Part shown: positions 8,766 to 17,118 of the stretch, piece by piece
Position numbering within the stretch: the stretch's first letter is position 1
How the letters are laid out: every line of letters begins with the position of its first letter
Source of the DNA: an uncultured Elusimicrobia bacterium
Lineage (GTDB): Bacteria > Elusimicrobiota > Elusimicrobia > UBA1565 > UBA9628
Direction of reading: 5' to 3'
DNA: 37,536 bases
Assembly: GCA_964600165.1 (NCBI GenBank)
Contig: CAZRIP010000006.1
Location: forward strand, 1 to 37,536
Notes under the pieces: model-generated
The model's input: only the letters and a program-made list of their open reading frames with translations
Told to the model about the DNA's origin: nothing
Database searches by the model: none
Program-made: the position numbers and the translations under genes

Positions 8766-8986
8766 CTAGTGCTTGATCACCCGGGAGCGGCCTCGATCCG
8801 TGAGCCAGAAATAGGCCTGTCCGCTTTTGGAGCAAGAGAGCTTCGTCGTGACGCGGTCCGCGACGCGCGGGGCGTGCGTCTCGGTCTGAGCGCGGAGATT
8901 GAGCTCGAGCCATTGGGAAAGATTCGCTACGCGAGCCTTGTGGCCGTGCTTGCGGGAGATGCTGGGCGGTGTCTTTTTCATCATTT
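8766..8986 (-). CDS. Small basic hypothetical protein (73 aa)
   Basis: ATGATG start preceded by GAGGAAGAA. Translation is MMKKTPPSISRKHGHKARVANLSQWLELNLRAQTETHAPRVADRVTTKLSCSKSGQAYFWLTDRGRSRVIKH. Its stop directly abuts the ATG of the beta-barrel gene. GC3 bias is moderate. Confidence 0.5.
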
Positions 8987-9108
8987 CTTCCTCTGCCCAG
9001 ATGATAACACCCGCCCCGTCGGGGCTCATGGGCCGGAGGGCCCAACGCCTCGAAGGCAAAAGGCCTAGCGGGAAGCCTGAGGCGAATTAGCCTTTAAAAT
9101 GCAGGGTT

Positions 9109-9876
9109 TTACTGGCCGTAAGCCAGGCGCAACGCGAGGTATTCCGGCAGGCCGGCGGCGCGGATCTTGGCCTGGACGGCGGCGACGTCGTAATCCAGCC
9201 GGACGACGCGGAAAGTGCCGCGCGAGGAGTCGTAAAGCCCGCAGGAGGCGCGACGATCCTGGTCGCGCGGCTGGCCGACCGAGCCCGGATTGAAGGCGGT
9301 CGGGGCGCCCGGCTCGATCTTCACCTCTTGCTGGTCCTCGAGGATCATGGAGTCGACGCGTCCGGTCTGCGGGTTCATCACGCGAAAGCACAGCGGCATG
9401 TGGCTGTGGCCGACGAACAGCGGCCATTTCTTGACGTAGGGGATGTTGTCGTGGAACTGCGTCACGCTCAACAGGTATTCCTCGGGAGGACGGCGCGGCG
9501 TGCCGTGCGCGATCGTGAACTCCTCCTTCTCGAGCTTGGCCGACATGCTTTCGACGAACGCCCGCGAGTCCGCGGAAAGCTGATCGCGCGTCCAGAGCGC
9601 CGCGGCGCGCGCGTACGGATTGAACCAATCAGCGTCCATGCGGCCGATGACGGCCAAGTCGTGGTTGCCGCAGACGATCGAGAGGTTCTTGAGCGCGCGC
9701 AGTTTCACGAGCACGGCCTCGGGGTCCGGGCCGTAGCCGACGAGATCGCCGCAGCAGATGTAGCCGCCGACCTCGAAGTCCGAGAACATCTCGAGCACGG
9801 CGGTCAACGCCTCGAGGTTCGAATGAACGTCGGAGAAGACGCCGTAGAGCACGAAAGCGATGCTACTAAATCTCAA
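9109..9876 (-). CDS. Calcineurin-like metallophosphoesterase (YfcE/MJ0936-like)
   Basis: Motifs LYGVFSDVHSN, GDLVGYGPDP, GNHD and GHSH. Start is uncertain: the track start at 9876 is a TTG embedded in a hairpin, and an alternative GTG lies at 9852. Confidence 0.85.
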   Translation of the reverse strand: MRFSSIAFVLYGVFSDVHSNLEALTAVLEMFSDFEVGGYICCGDLVGYGPDPEAVLVKLRALKNLSIVCGNHDLAVIGRMDADWFNPYARAAALWTRDQLSADSRAFVESMSAKLEKEEFTIAHGTPRRPPEEYLLSVTQFHDNIPYVKKWPLFVGHSHMPLCFRVMNPQTGRVDSMILEDQQEVKIEPGAPTAFNPGSVGQPRDQDRRASCGLYDSSRGTFRVVRLDYDVAAVQAKIRAAGLPEYLALRLAYGQ

Positions 9877-9898
9877 CTTACCCCGGGGTAAGTCGAGA
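9871..9898 (-). terminator. Near-perfect 28-bp palindrome (12-bp stem, CCGG loop) directly after the smc stop; putative intrinsic terminator
   Basis: tctcaacttaccccggggtaagtcgaga. On the minus-strand RNA this gives ucucgacuuacccc/gggguaaguugaga with one G.U pair, followed by uuu. It overlaps the candidate TTG start of the phosphoesterase. Confidence 0.5.
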
Positions 9899-9909
9899 CC
9901 CGCGGCCGC

Positions 9910-12900
9910 TTAAGCCGCCGGCTTTTCGGTCTCGCCCGCGAGCTCGAAGGGCCCGTGCGTGTCCGGCTTCTTGGGGGCCTCGGCGTCGGGGACGACCGCG
10001 CTCAGCGGCACGGCCGCGGCACCCGCGGTCTCCTTTCGCTTCTCGTTGGGGCGGAAATCGACGGAGACGAGCTGGGAGACGCCCATCTCCTCCATCGTCA
10101 CGCCGTAGATGACGTCGGCCGCCTCCATCGTGCGCTTGTTGTGGCTGACGATGAGGAACTGCGAGCGCTGCTGGAACTCCTTGAGCAGCCCCACGAAGCG
10201 CTCGACGTTGGCGTCGTCGAGGGCGGCGTCCGCCTCGTCGAGCATGCAGAACGGAGACGGTTTGACCATGAAGAACGAGAAGAGCAGCGCGATCGCGGTC
10301 AGCGTCTTCTCGCCGCCGGAGAGCAGCGAGATCGACTGGAGCCTCTTGCCCGGCGGCTGCGCGACGATGTCGACGCCGGTCTCGAGGATATTCTCCGGCT
10401 CGGTCAAGACGAGATCGGCCTCGCCGCCCTCGAAGAGCACGCCGTACAGGCGGCGGAAGTGCTCGCGCACCTCGGTGAAGGTCTGCCGGAAGTTCTCGCG
10501 CGTCGCCGAGTTGATCTTCGTGATCGCGGCCATGAGGTCTTCCTTGGCCTTCTTCAAGTCCTCGATCTGGTTGGCGAGAAACACCTGCTTCTCGGAGAGC
10601 GCGTGGTACTCCTCGGGCGCCGCCATGTTGACGTTGCCGAGCGCGGCGATGCGCTTGCGCAAGAACTCCACGCGCTCCGCGTCGACGGGCTGCTCGCCGT
10701 ACTTGTGCTTGGCCTCGTCGACGGTGAGCTGCCAATCGTCCCACAAGCGTTTGGTCAGGGCGTCGCGGGTCGCGCGCTGGGAGCTCGTTTGCAGCTCGAG
10801 CTCGTGGAGCTTCCGCTGCGACTCCTCGACGAGCGCCTTGAGCTCGCGCAGCTTGGCCTCGCGGGCCGCGATGGCGCGGTCGAGCTCCTGCAGCTTGTCG
10901 AAAACGGCCTTCGCGTCGTTCTCGAGGCCGGCAAGGCGCTCGCCGAAGCCGGACAACGACGCGCGAGACTCCTCGGCGATCGCCTTGGCTTGCTCGTCGC
11001 GCTTTCCGAGCTCGACGATCTCCTGGCGGCGGCGCGAGGCGGCGTCCTCGAGCGTCTGCTTCTCGGCGCCCAAGCGCTCGTAAGCGCCGGCGAGGAAGCG
11101 CAGCTTCTCATCTAAGCCCGCGAACTTTTCCCTCAAGAACTGCTGCTCGGCCTGGCTCTTGGCGACCTGCTCGCGCAAGGCGGCGATGCCGGCCGCGGCC
11201 TCCGCCTCCCTTGCCCGGGCGGCCAGCTCGGCGGCCGCCGCTTCGTCGATGCCGCCGCGCAGGAGCTTGATCTTCTCCTTGATGAGGGCCATTTCCGCGA
11301 GCGTGCCGGCCGCTTCCGAGGTGGAAAGCTCGACGTTGCGCCGCGACGTCTCGATGAACGATTCTTTTTGGGCGACGGCCGACGCGGCGGCGCTCGCCTG
11401 CGCGTCCTGGCGCGCGGCTTCGGACCCGGCGCGGCGCGCCTCGTTCTCGGCGGCGGCGGCGCGCTCTTGGAGCGCGGCGCGGTCGGCGGCGAGAACTTCG
11501 CTCTTTTCACGGGAAACGGCGACTTTCGCGCGCAGCTCGCCGATCTCGGCGAGGCCGACTTGGAGGCTCTCGCCCGTTTTCGCGCCGCCGTAGACCCAAT
11601 GCTCGCCGAAGAGCGCCTTGCCGAGCGTGTAGGCCTCCTGCAGCAGGAAGCGCACGACGGCCTCGTGCTTCGCGTCGGCGATCTCGATCTGGGACAGCAA
11701 GGACTTGGCCTCGGCCGGATAGATCTTCTCGCCGAAGTTCTGCGGCAGGGCGCTCAGAACGAGAAAGCGGGCCCGGCCCTTGCCGGAGTCGCTCAGGAGC
11801 TCCACGGCGGCTCGCGCCGCCGTGGAGTCCTCGCAGACGACGGCGTAGAGCCGCTCGCCCAGGAGATCCTCGAGATAGGGCTTGACCGACTCGTCGCACT
11901 TGATGAGCTGGCGCACGGTGCCGATCACGCCGGGGATGCCGGCCGACAGCGCGGCCTGCGCGCCGGTCCAATAGGGGTTCTGGCCGCCCTGCGCTTCGAG
12001 CGCCTCGGCGCGCGCCTGCGTCTGCGCGAGCTCGGAGTTGAGGCGGATCGTGTCGTCGGCGGCTTGCGTCAGCGCCGCGCGGACGGAGGCAAGCGCGTCC
12101 TCGGCGGCGACGGCCTGCGCGGCGGCCGCGGCGGCGGACTCCCGCTGCGTCCTCGACAGCTCGCGGGAGACCGCGCTCTCTTCCTCGGCGCGCGCGGCTT
12201 GCGCGAGGTCTTTCTCGAGGTCGCGCAGGCTGGCGCGAAGCCGCATCTCTTCTCTAGAAAAAGCCGACTCCGCCTCGGCGAGCGTCCGGCGCCGGCCGAG
12301 GGCGTCCTCGGCGGCGGCGAGCGCCTCCTTGCGCAGGGCGTCCAGCCGCGAATCCTCTTCCTTTAAAAGGGCGGTCTGCTCGTCGTGGCGAGCCTTGCCG
12401 GCGTCGACCTCGGCCTGTCCCCCGTCGCGGGCGGTCTCGGCTTCGGCCACGGCGGCGCTGGCGCGCTCGAGCTCCGGCGCGATCGCGGCCTGGCGGGCCT
12501 GCGTCTGGTCGATCTCGATCTCGCATTCGCGCACGCGCACGGCGATCTGCGCGGTCTCGCGCTGCGAGGAGTTGACGCGCTCCTCGAGGCGGCCGATCTC
12601 GGACTTGACCTGAGAGATCTTCTGATTGCACTCGATGACGCGGTTCTGCTCGTTGGCTTTCTCGAGGTTCGCCGCGGCGAGATTGGCGCCCTCGCCGTCC
12701 TGCTCGGCGCGCTTGGTGCCGAGCAGCTCCTCGAGGGGCTTGGACTGCTCGCCGAGGACGGCCAACTGCTGGTCGATGTCGCCCGCCTGCTGGATGATGC
12801 TGGCGGCTTCGGCGGCGGCCAGCTCGGCCTTGTACTTCTCGAAGAGCTTGGCTTTGCGCGCGTCGCTGTCGAGCTTCTTGACCTGCTCGTCGATGAGGCT

Positions 12901-13485
12901 GAGCGAATCCTGCAGGCGCCCGAGATCCATGTCGAGCCGCTCGAGCTTGCGGATGGCCTCGTCGCGCTTGGCGTTGTACTTCGCGACGCCGGCGGCTTCC
13001 TCGAAAAAGGCGCGGCGCTCCTCGGGCTTGGCCGTGATCATCGCGTCGACGCCGCCCTGGTCGATGATGGCGTAGCCGTCGCCGCCCAAACCGGTGTCGA
13101 GGAACATCTCGCGGATGTCGCGCAGGCGGCACTGCGTCTTATTGAGGAAATAAGCGGACTCGCCGGAGCGATAGATCCGCCGCGTGACCGTCACTTCGGA
13201 GAACTGGACCGGCAGGGAGCTCTGCGAGTTGTCGAAGGTGAGCGTGACCTCGGTCATCGACATCGCGGGGCGCTTGGTCGTGCCCGCGAAGATGACGTCG
13301 ATCATCGCGTCGGCGCGCAGGCTCTTCCACGACATCTCGCCCAGGCACCAGCGCACGGACTCCATTACGTTCGACTTGCCGCAGCCGTTGGGGCCGATGA
13401 TGCCCGTGATCCCGGGACCGAGGTCGATGTGGGTTTTTTGCGCGAACGACTTATAGCCGGCGATATCGATCGACTTGAGGTACAT
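9910..13485 (-). CDS. smc: Chromosome partition protein SMC
   Basis: 1191 aa. N-terminal Walker A (GPNGCGKSN), long coiled coils, a hinge, C-terminal LSGGEK and Walker B DE motifs. RBS GAGGTGA 6 nt upstream of the ATG. Confidence 0.95.
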   Translation of the reverse strand: MYLKSIDIAGYKSFAQKTHIDLGPGITGIIGPNGCGKSNVMESVRWCLGEMSWKSLRADAMIDVIFAGTTKRPAMSMTEVTLTFDNSQSSLPVQFSEVTVTRRIYRSGESAYFLNKTQCRLRDIREMFLDTGLGGDGYAIIDQGGVDAMITAKPEERRAFFEEAAGVAKYNAKRDEAIRKLERLDMDLGRLQDSLSLIDEQVKKLDSDARKAKLFEKYKAELAAAEAASIIQQAGDIDQQLAVLGEQSKPLEELLGTKRAEQDGEGANLAAANLEKANEQNRVIECNQKISQVKSEIGRLEERVNSSQRETAQIAVRVRECEIEIDQTQARQAAIAPELERASAAVAEAETARDGGQAEVDAGKARHDEQTALLKEEDSRLDALRKEALAAAEDALGRRRTLAEAESAFSREEMRLRASLRDLEKDLAQAARAEEESAVSRELSRTQRESAAAAAAQAVAAEDALASVRAALTQAADDTIRLNSELAQTQARAEALEAQGGQNPYWTGAQAALSAGIPGVIGTVRQLIKCDESVKPYLEDLLGERLYAVVCEDSTAARAAVELLSDSGKGRARFLVLSALPQNFGEKIYPAEAKSLLSQIEIADAKHEAVVRFLLQEAYTLGKALFGEHWVYGGAKTGESLQVGLAEIGELRAKVAVSREKSEVLAADRAALQERAAAAENEARRAGSEAARQDAQASAAASAVAQKESFIETSRRNVELSTSEAAGTLAEMALIKEKIKLLRGGIDEAAAAELAARAREAEAAAGIAALREQVAKSQAEQQFLREKFAGLDEKLRFLAGAYERLGAEKQTLEDAASRRRQEIVELGKRDEQAKAIAEESRASLSGFGERLAGLENDAKAVFDKLQELDRAIAAREAKLRELKALVEESQRKLHELELQTSSQRATRDALTKRLWDDWQLTVDEAKHKYGEQPVDAERVEFLRKRIAALGNVNMAAPEEYHALSEKQVFLANQIEDLKKAKEDLMAAITKINSATRENFRQTFTEVREHFRRLYGVLFEGGEADLVLTEPENILETGVDIVAQPPGKRLQSISLLSGGEKTLTAIALLFSFFMVKPSPFCMLDEADAALDDANVERFVGLLKEFQQRSQFLIVSHNKRTMEAADVIYGVTMEEMGVSQLVSVDFRPNEKRKETAGAAAVPLSAVVPDAEAPKKPDTHGPFELAGETEKPAA

Positions 13486-13518
13486 CTCTAGTCACCTCGG
13501 CGTGAGTCCATTAAGTGC

Positions 13519-13547
13519 CATCTTTTGTTGATCAGTGCCAAAAGATG
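13519..13547 (-). promoter_or_regulatory. 9-bp inverted repeat (CATCTTTTG, 11-nt spacer, CAAAAGATG) in the smc 5' leader; possible operator or RNA stem
   Basis: Seen directly in the sequence. Flanking GGCAC direct repeats. Located between the putative -10 and the RBS. Confidence 0.35.
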
Positions 13548-13554
13548 ATCGAAC

Positions 13555-13583
13555 AGTATAGCAGATTCCGTCGGGAAAATCAA
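13555..13583 (-). promoter_or_regulatory. Putative sigma70-type promoter of smc (-35 TTGATT, 17-nt spacer, -10 TATACT)
   Basis: On the minus strand, TTGATT lies at 13583..13578 and TATACT at 13560..13555, in the only AT-rich stretch upstream of smc. Confidence 0.5.
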
Positions 13584-13654
13584 GGTTCCGAAATAATACC
13601 ACGCGGGAGGCCGAAGCGGAAGGGACCAACAGCCCACGACGACTAGGACCCGGC

Positions 13655-14494
13655 CTAGAGGCGCTCTTGAAGCCGCGGCAAGGAGATCGAGGCCCGGGAG
13701 ACGAGTCCGCGGCGGGCGAGGTCGATCAATTGGAACTCGAGGCGCCCCTGGGCGTCGCGGCCCAGGCGCAGCTCGCGCCGCGAGGCGCGCGGGAGCCGCT
13801 TGAGCCGCTCGTCGACCCAGTCCGCGGCGACGTCCCAGAGGTGCGGGTCGCGCAGGGGCGAGTCCAAGGCGACGAAGTTCTCTCTCGCCAGAGCCGCGAG
13901 GGCCATCGCCGCCGCGCGGCCGGACAGGCCCCGGGCGGGATCGAGGCGCACCTCCGCCGCCCTGAAGGGCTCGGCCTGCCGCTCATCGAGCCAAACCGAC
14001 AGCCAGGCCACGTCGGCGAGCGAGGCTCTTTGGGGCGCCGTCGTGATCTCCGACGCGCGGACGCGGTAGTAGCGCGTGAGCACTGCGACGGGCGAGAGCC
14101 TCGGCTGGGGGCCGGCGCGGTCCTCGAACGAGAAGTTCGCCGAGTCGCGCTTAGGGACCGGCGGCAGCCACACGCCGCACTTGGCGACGACGTCGGCGCC
14201 GTCCGGCGCGACCGAGAGCGTGATCAGGCGGGCGCGGCGCGCCGCGTCGTCGACCCGCAGCCATTTCCCCGCGAGAGCGACGGCGACGTCGCCCGCCAGG
14301 CTCCATTTCCCCGCCTGCGCGTCCTCGAGGACGCGCGTGGCGGCGGGCGCCGCCCCGAGCGGCGAGGCGCGCCACTGAAGCGCCGGCAAGGCTTTCCACG
14401 AGAGCCGCGTGTCGGAGAAGTCGCGTTCCCAGGGCGCGGCGGCGTCCTGGGCCAGCGCGAGCGAGACGGCGACCAGCGCGAGCCTGATAAACAT
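13655..14494 (-). CDS. Hypothetical secreted protein (Trp-rich, signal peptide)
   Basis: MFIRLALVAVSLALAQDAAAP is a signal peptide. The overlapping plus-strand 579-aa ORF is Arg-rich junk. A -10-like TACAAT lies 9 nt upstream of the ATG. Confidence 0.55.
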   Translation of the reverse strand: MFIRLALVAVSLALAQDAAAPWERDFSDTRLSWKALPALQWRASPLGAAPAATRVLEDAQAGKWSLAGDVAVALAGKWLRVDDAARRARLITLSVAPDGADVVAKCGVWLPPVPKRDSANFSFEDRAGPQPRLSPVAVLTRYYRVRASEITTAPQRASLADVAWLSVWLDERQAEPFRAAEVRLDPARGLSGRAAAMALAALARENFVALDSPLRDPHLWDVAADWVDERLKRLPRASRRELRLGRDAQGRLEFQLIDLARRGLVSRASISLPRLQERL

Positions 14495-14529
14495 CGCGGA
14501 ATCATTGTAGCGCGCCGGCTTCGCGTCCG

Positions 14530-14558
14530 AGTGACGATGGCGGTAAATCTAATATACT
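14530..14558 (+). promoter_or_regulatory. Putative promoter of mltA with -10 TATACT 6 nt upstream of the ATG (leaderless-type)
   Basis: GTGACG-like -35 at about 14531, a 16-17-nt spacer, TATACT at 14553..14558, then cgcttc and the ATG at 14565. Confidence 0.4.
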
Positions 14559-14564
14559 CGCTTC

Positions 14565-15794
14565 ATGCGCTCGGCGGTCTTTCTGTCCATGGTTCTGGCC
14601 GCGCCGTCTTTCGCCCAGCCGCCCGCCGTCTCGACGACGACCGTCTCGGCCGGACCGGCGCTGCGCCTGATCTCTCCCGAGGCTTACCCGGACTTCCACG
14701 AGAGCTTTCAAGGAAAGGCCGCCCTCGTCAAGGCGGCCAAAAAGGCGCTCCTTTATCTCGAGGGGCCCCAGGCGCCGCGCTTGTTCAAGCTCGGCGAGCG
14801 CACCTATGGGGCGGGCGAGCTCGCGGCCTCTCTCGAGGAGCTCATATCGCTCGCCAAGACGGCCGCGACCCAAGACGAGTTCGCCGACGCGGTAAGGCAA
14901 CGCTTCGACGTTTTCGAGTCGGCCGGCTCCGACGGAGCCGGCAAGGTCGTGTTCTCGTCGTATTACCAGCCGCTGCTCGCGGCCGGCCGGAAGAAGTCGC
15001 CCAAATACCCGGTGCCGCTTTATCGACGCCCGCCGGACATGATCGACCTCGACCTCGGCGCGTTCGACCAGCGCCTCGCGGGAGACGCTTTCGAGGGCCG
15101 CGTCGACAAAAAGACCCGCGCCCTCGTGCCCTATTTCTCACGGGGAGAGATCGACGTCAAGAAGCGCCTCGCGGGAAAGGGCCTCGAGATCGCCTGGCTC
15201 AAGGACAAGTTCGACGCGCTCGACTTGCACATACAGGGCTCCGGCATCCTGCGCTTTCCCGACGGCAAGGAGGTCCTGGCCAAGTTCGCGGGGACCAACG
15301 GCCAGCCGTACAACTCGGTCGGCCAGCTGCTGATCAAGGCGGGAGCCTTCACGAAGGACAACATCACGCACGACAAGATTCGCGCCTACTTCCTGGATCA
15401 TCCTGAAGCCGAGGACTGGGTGCTCGAGCAGGATCCGCGCTACACGTTCTTCGACCTCGCCGCTCTCCCCGCCGACGGCGAGCCGTTCGGCGCCGTCGAG
15501 CAGTCGCTCGTGCCCGCGCGCTCGATCGCGATCGATCCGGCGCTCATCCCGCTCGGCGCGCTCGCGTTCTTCACGACGACGGCGCCGCAGGCCGACAAGG
15601 AAGGCCGCCTGCTGGGACTTTTCCCTTCGTCGCGGTTCGCCGTGTGCATGGACACCGGCGGCGCGATCAAGGGAGCCGGGCGCGTCGACATCTACGCGGG
15701 CCACGGCCTGCAAGCCGAGACGACGGCGCGCAACCAGTGGAGCGACGGCCGCCTCTACATCCTAGTCAAGAAACCCCCCCCGCCGGACCGCTAG
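14565..15794 (+). CDS. mltA: Membrane-bound lytic murein transglycosylase A (MltA family, 3D domain)
   Basis: Signal peptide, the MltA-domain region, and a C-terminal 3D domain (RFAVCMDTGGAIKGAGRVDIYAG). Confidence 0.85.
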   Translation: MRSAVFLSMVLAAPSFAQPPAVSTTTVSAGPALRLISPEAYPDFHESFQGKAALVKAAKKALLYLEGPQAPRLFKLGERTYGAGELAASLEELISLAKTAATQDEFADAVRQRFDVFESAGSDGAGKVVFSSYYQPLLAAGRKKSPKYPVPLYRRPPDMIDLDLGAFDQRLAGDAFEGRVDKKTRALVPYFSRGEIDVKKRLAGKGLEIAWLKDKFDALDLHIQGSGILRFPDGKEVLAKFAGTNGQPYNSVGQLLIKAGAFTKDNITHDKIRAYFLDHPEAEDWVLEQDPRYTFFDLAALPADGEPFGAVEQSLVPARSIAIDPALIPLGALAFFTTTAPQADKEGRLLGLFPSSRFAVCMDTGGAIKGAGRVDIYAGHGLQAETTARNQWSDGRLYILVKKPPPPDR

Positions 15795-15800
15795 GCCGGG

Positions 15801-15806
15801 TATAAT
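15801..15806 (+). promoter_or_regulatory. -10 box TATAAT 6 nt upstream of the ATG at 15813 (leaderless-type); no convincing -35
   Basis: gggTATAATcactccATG. Confidence 0.35.
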
Positions 15807-15812
15807 CACTCC

Positions 15813-16601
15813 ATGAAGAAGCTGCTTTTCACGTGCCTGACCCTGCTGCTCGCCGCGGCGAGCCGCGCGCAAGATCCAATCCGCCTGACGGACGAGCAGG
15901 CGCTGGATATAGGCAAGAAGATCTTTCAAAACGAAGCCGGCGGCAAGACCGAGCTCCTGGTTCACTGGAACGAGGGAGAGGAGTTCGCCTCGCTCGGCAT
16001 CGGCCACTTCATCTGGTACCCGAAAGACTATCACGAGCCGTTCGAGGAAAGCTTCCCGCCTCTCGTGAAGTTTCTCGTCGCGCAAGGGACGCCGCCGCCG
16101 CGATGGGTCGTCGACGCGCCGTACTGCCCGTGGCCCACGAAAGCGGCGTTCGACGAAGAGAAGCCTTCGCCGCGAACGCGCGAGCTGCGCGATTTTCTAG
16201 CCTCGACGATCGCCCTCCAAGCGCGCTTCGCGGCGAACCGTCTCGAGCAGGCGCTGCCGAAGATCCTCGCCGCCGCGCCCGTCGAGAGCCGCGCGCGCGT
16301 CTCTCGGCAATTCTATCGCGTCGCGCAAGACCCGCGCGGCGTCTACGCGCTGATGGACTACGTCAACTTCAAGGGCGAGGGCGTCAAAGAGACGGAGCGC
16401 TATAAAGGCCAAGGCTGGGGACTGATGCAAGTCCTCCAGGCCATGTCCGGCGACGCGCCCGGCCAACCCGCGCTCGACGAGTTCGCGCGCTCGGCTGCCG
16501 ACGCGCTGACGACGCGCGTGAGCAACTCTCCCCCGGAACGGCACGAGGAGCGCTGGCTCTCCGGCTGGAAGAAGCGCCTCGAGACGTACCGGCAGCCTTG
16601 A
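15813..16601 (+). CDS. Hypothetical secreted protein
   Basis: MKKLLFTCLTLLLAAASRAQD is a signal peptide. No family recognised (GIGHFIWYP motif). TATAAT lies exactly 6 nt upstream of the ATG. Confidence 0.6.
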   Translation: MKKLLFTCLTLLLAAASRAQDPIRLTDEQALDIGKKIFQNEAGGKTELLVHWNEGEEFASLGIGHFIWYPKDYHEPFEESFPPLVKFLVAQGTPPPRWVVDAPYCPWPTKAAFDEEKPSPRTRELRDFLASTIALQARFAANRLEQALPKILAAAPVESRARVSRQFYRVAQDPRGVYALMDYVNFKGEGVKETERYKGQGWGLMQVLQAMSGDAPGQPALDEFARSAADALTTRVSNSPPERHEERWLSGWKKRLETYRQP

Positions 16602-17113
16602 TCCCGGTCTCGCTGCGGGACCGGCTCTACGCCCTGTTCGTCGAGTGCCTGGCCGAGACGGACTCGGCCCGCGCCTTCGACGCGAAGAGCCGCCGCTTGA
16701 GGCTCTCGTCGGCCGGCGAGCGCGACTATATGCGCGACCGGCTGCCCCGCTACGTCTCGGCCCTCGCGGGAGCGTCCGCCGCTCCGCCCTCGGCTCCCTT
16801 CGCGCGCGACCTCGAGGTCGGAGAACTCTTGTTCAACCACGGCCTCTTCTTCGACGCGCACGAGTATCTCGAGGGGACTTGGCGGCGAGAGAAGGAGCCG
16901 CGCAAGAGCCGCGTTCAGGGCTTCATCCAGATCGCGGCGGCCTTCCACAAGCTCGAGCTCGATCCGAAAGGCACGGAAGGCGCGCTCTACTTGCTGTCGC
17001 GCGGCGTGGCGAAGGCGGCGGACGATGGTCTCGCGGAGACCTTGCGGCCGGCGCTCAAGGACCTCACGAACGGTCGGCCGCCCGCGTCGATCCCCGCCGT
17101 CAAGTTCGCCTGA
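16598..17113 (+). CDS. DUF309 domain protein
   Basis: FNHGLFFDAHEYLEGTWR matches the DUF309 signature. The TTG start overlaps the stop of the upstream gene; the start is uncertain. Confidence 0.6.
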   Translation: MIPVSLRDRLYALFVECLAETDSARAFDAKSRRLRLSSAGERDYMRDRLPRYVSALAGASAAPPSAPFARDLEVGELLFNHGLFFDAHEYLEGTWRREKEPRKSRVQGFIQIAAAFHKLELDPKGTEGALYLLSRGVAKAADDGLAETLRPALKDLTNGRPPASIPAVKFA

Positions 17114-17118
17114 TCGGA

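Noticed and set aside
7818-9068. 416-aa plus-strand ORF, and minus ORF 8602..9045
   Set aside because: Antisense or alternate frame of the OMP and small-protein genes, with an Arg-rich low-complexity translation.
9955-13491. Plus-strand ORFs 9955..11115, 10109..11083, 11368..12366 and 12385..13491, plus several minus-frame ORFs inside smc
   Set aside because: All overlap the unambiguous smc gene and have junk-like composition.
13486-13654. Possible tRNA or small RNA in the AT-rich smc upstream island (contains GGTTCCGAAAT)
   Set aside because: It has no acceptor stem or anticodon-arm pairing and no cloverleaf. It is better explained as promoter plus leader.
13667-15406. 579-aa plus-strand ORF spanning two real genes
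   Set aside because: It reads straight through the divergent promoter region and overlaps mltA out of frame. The translation is Arg/Gly-rich.
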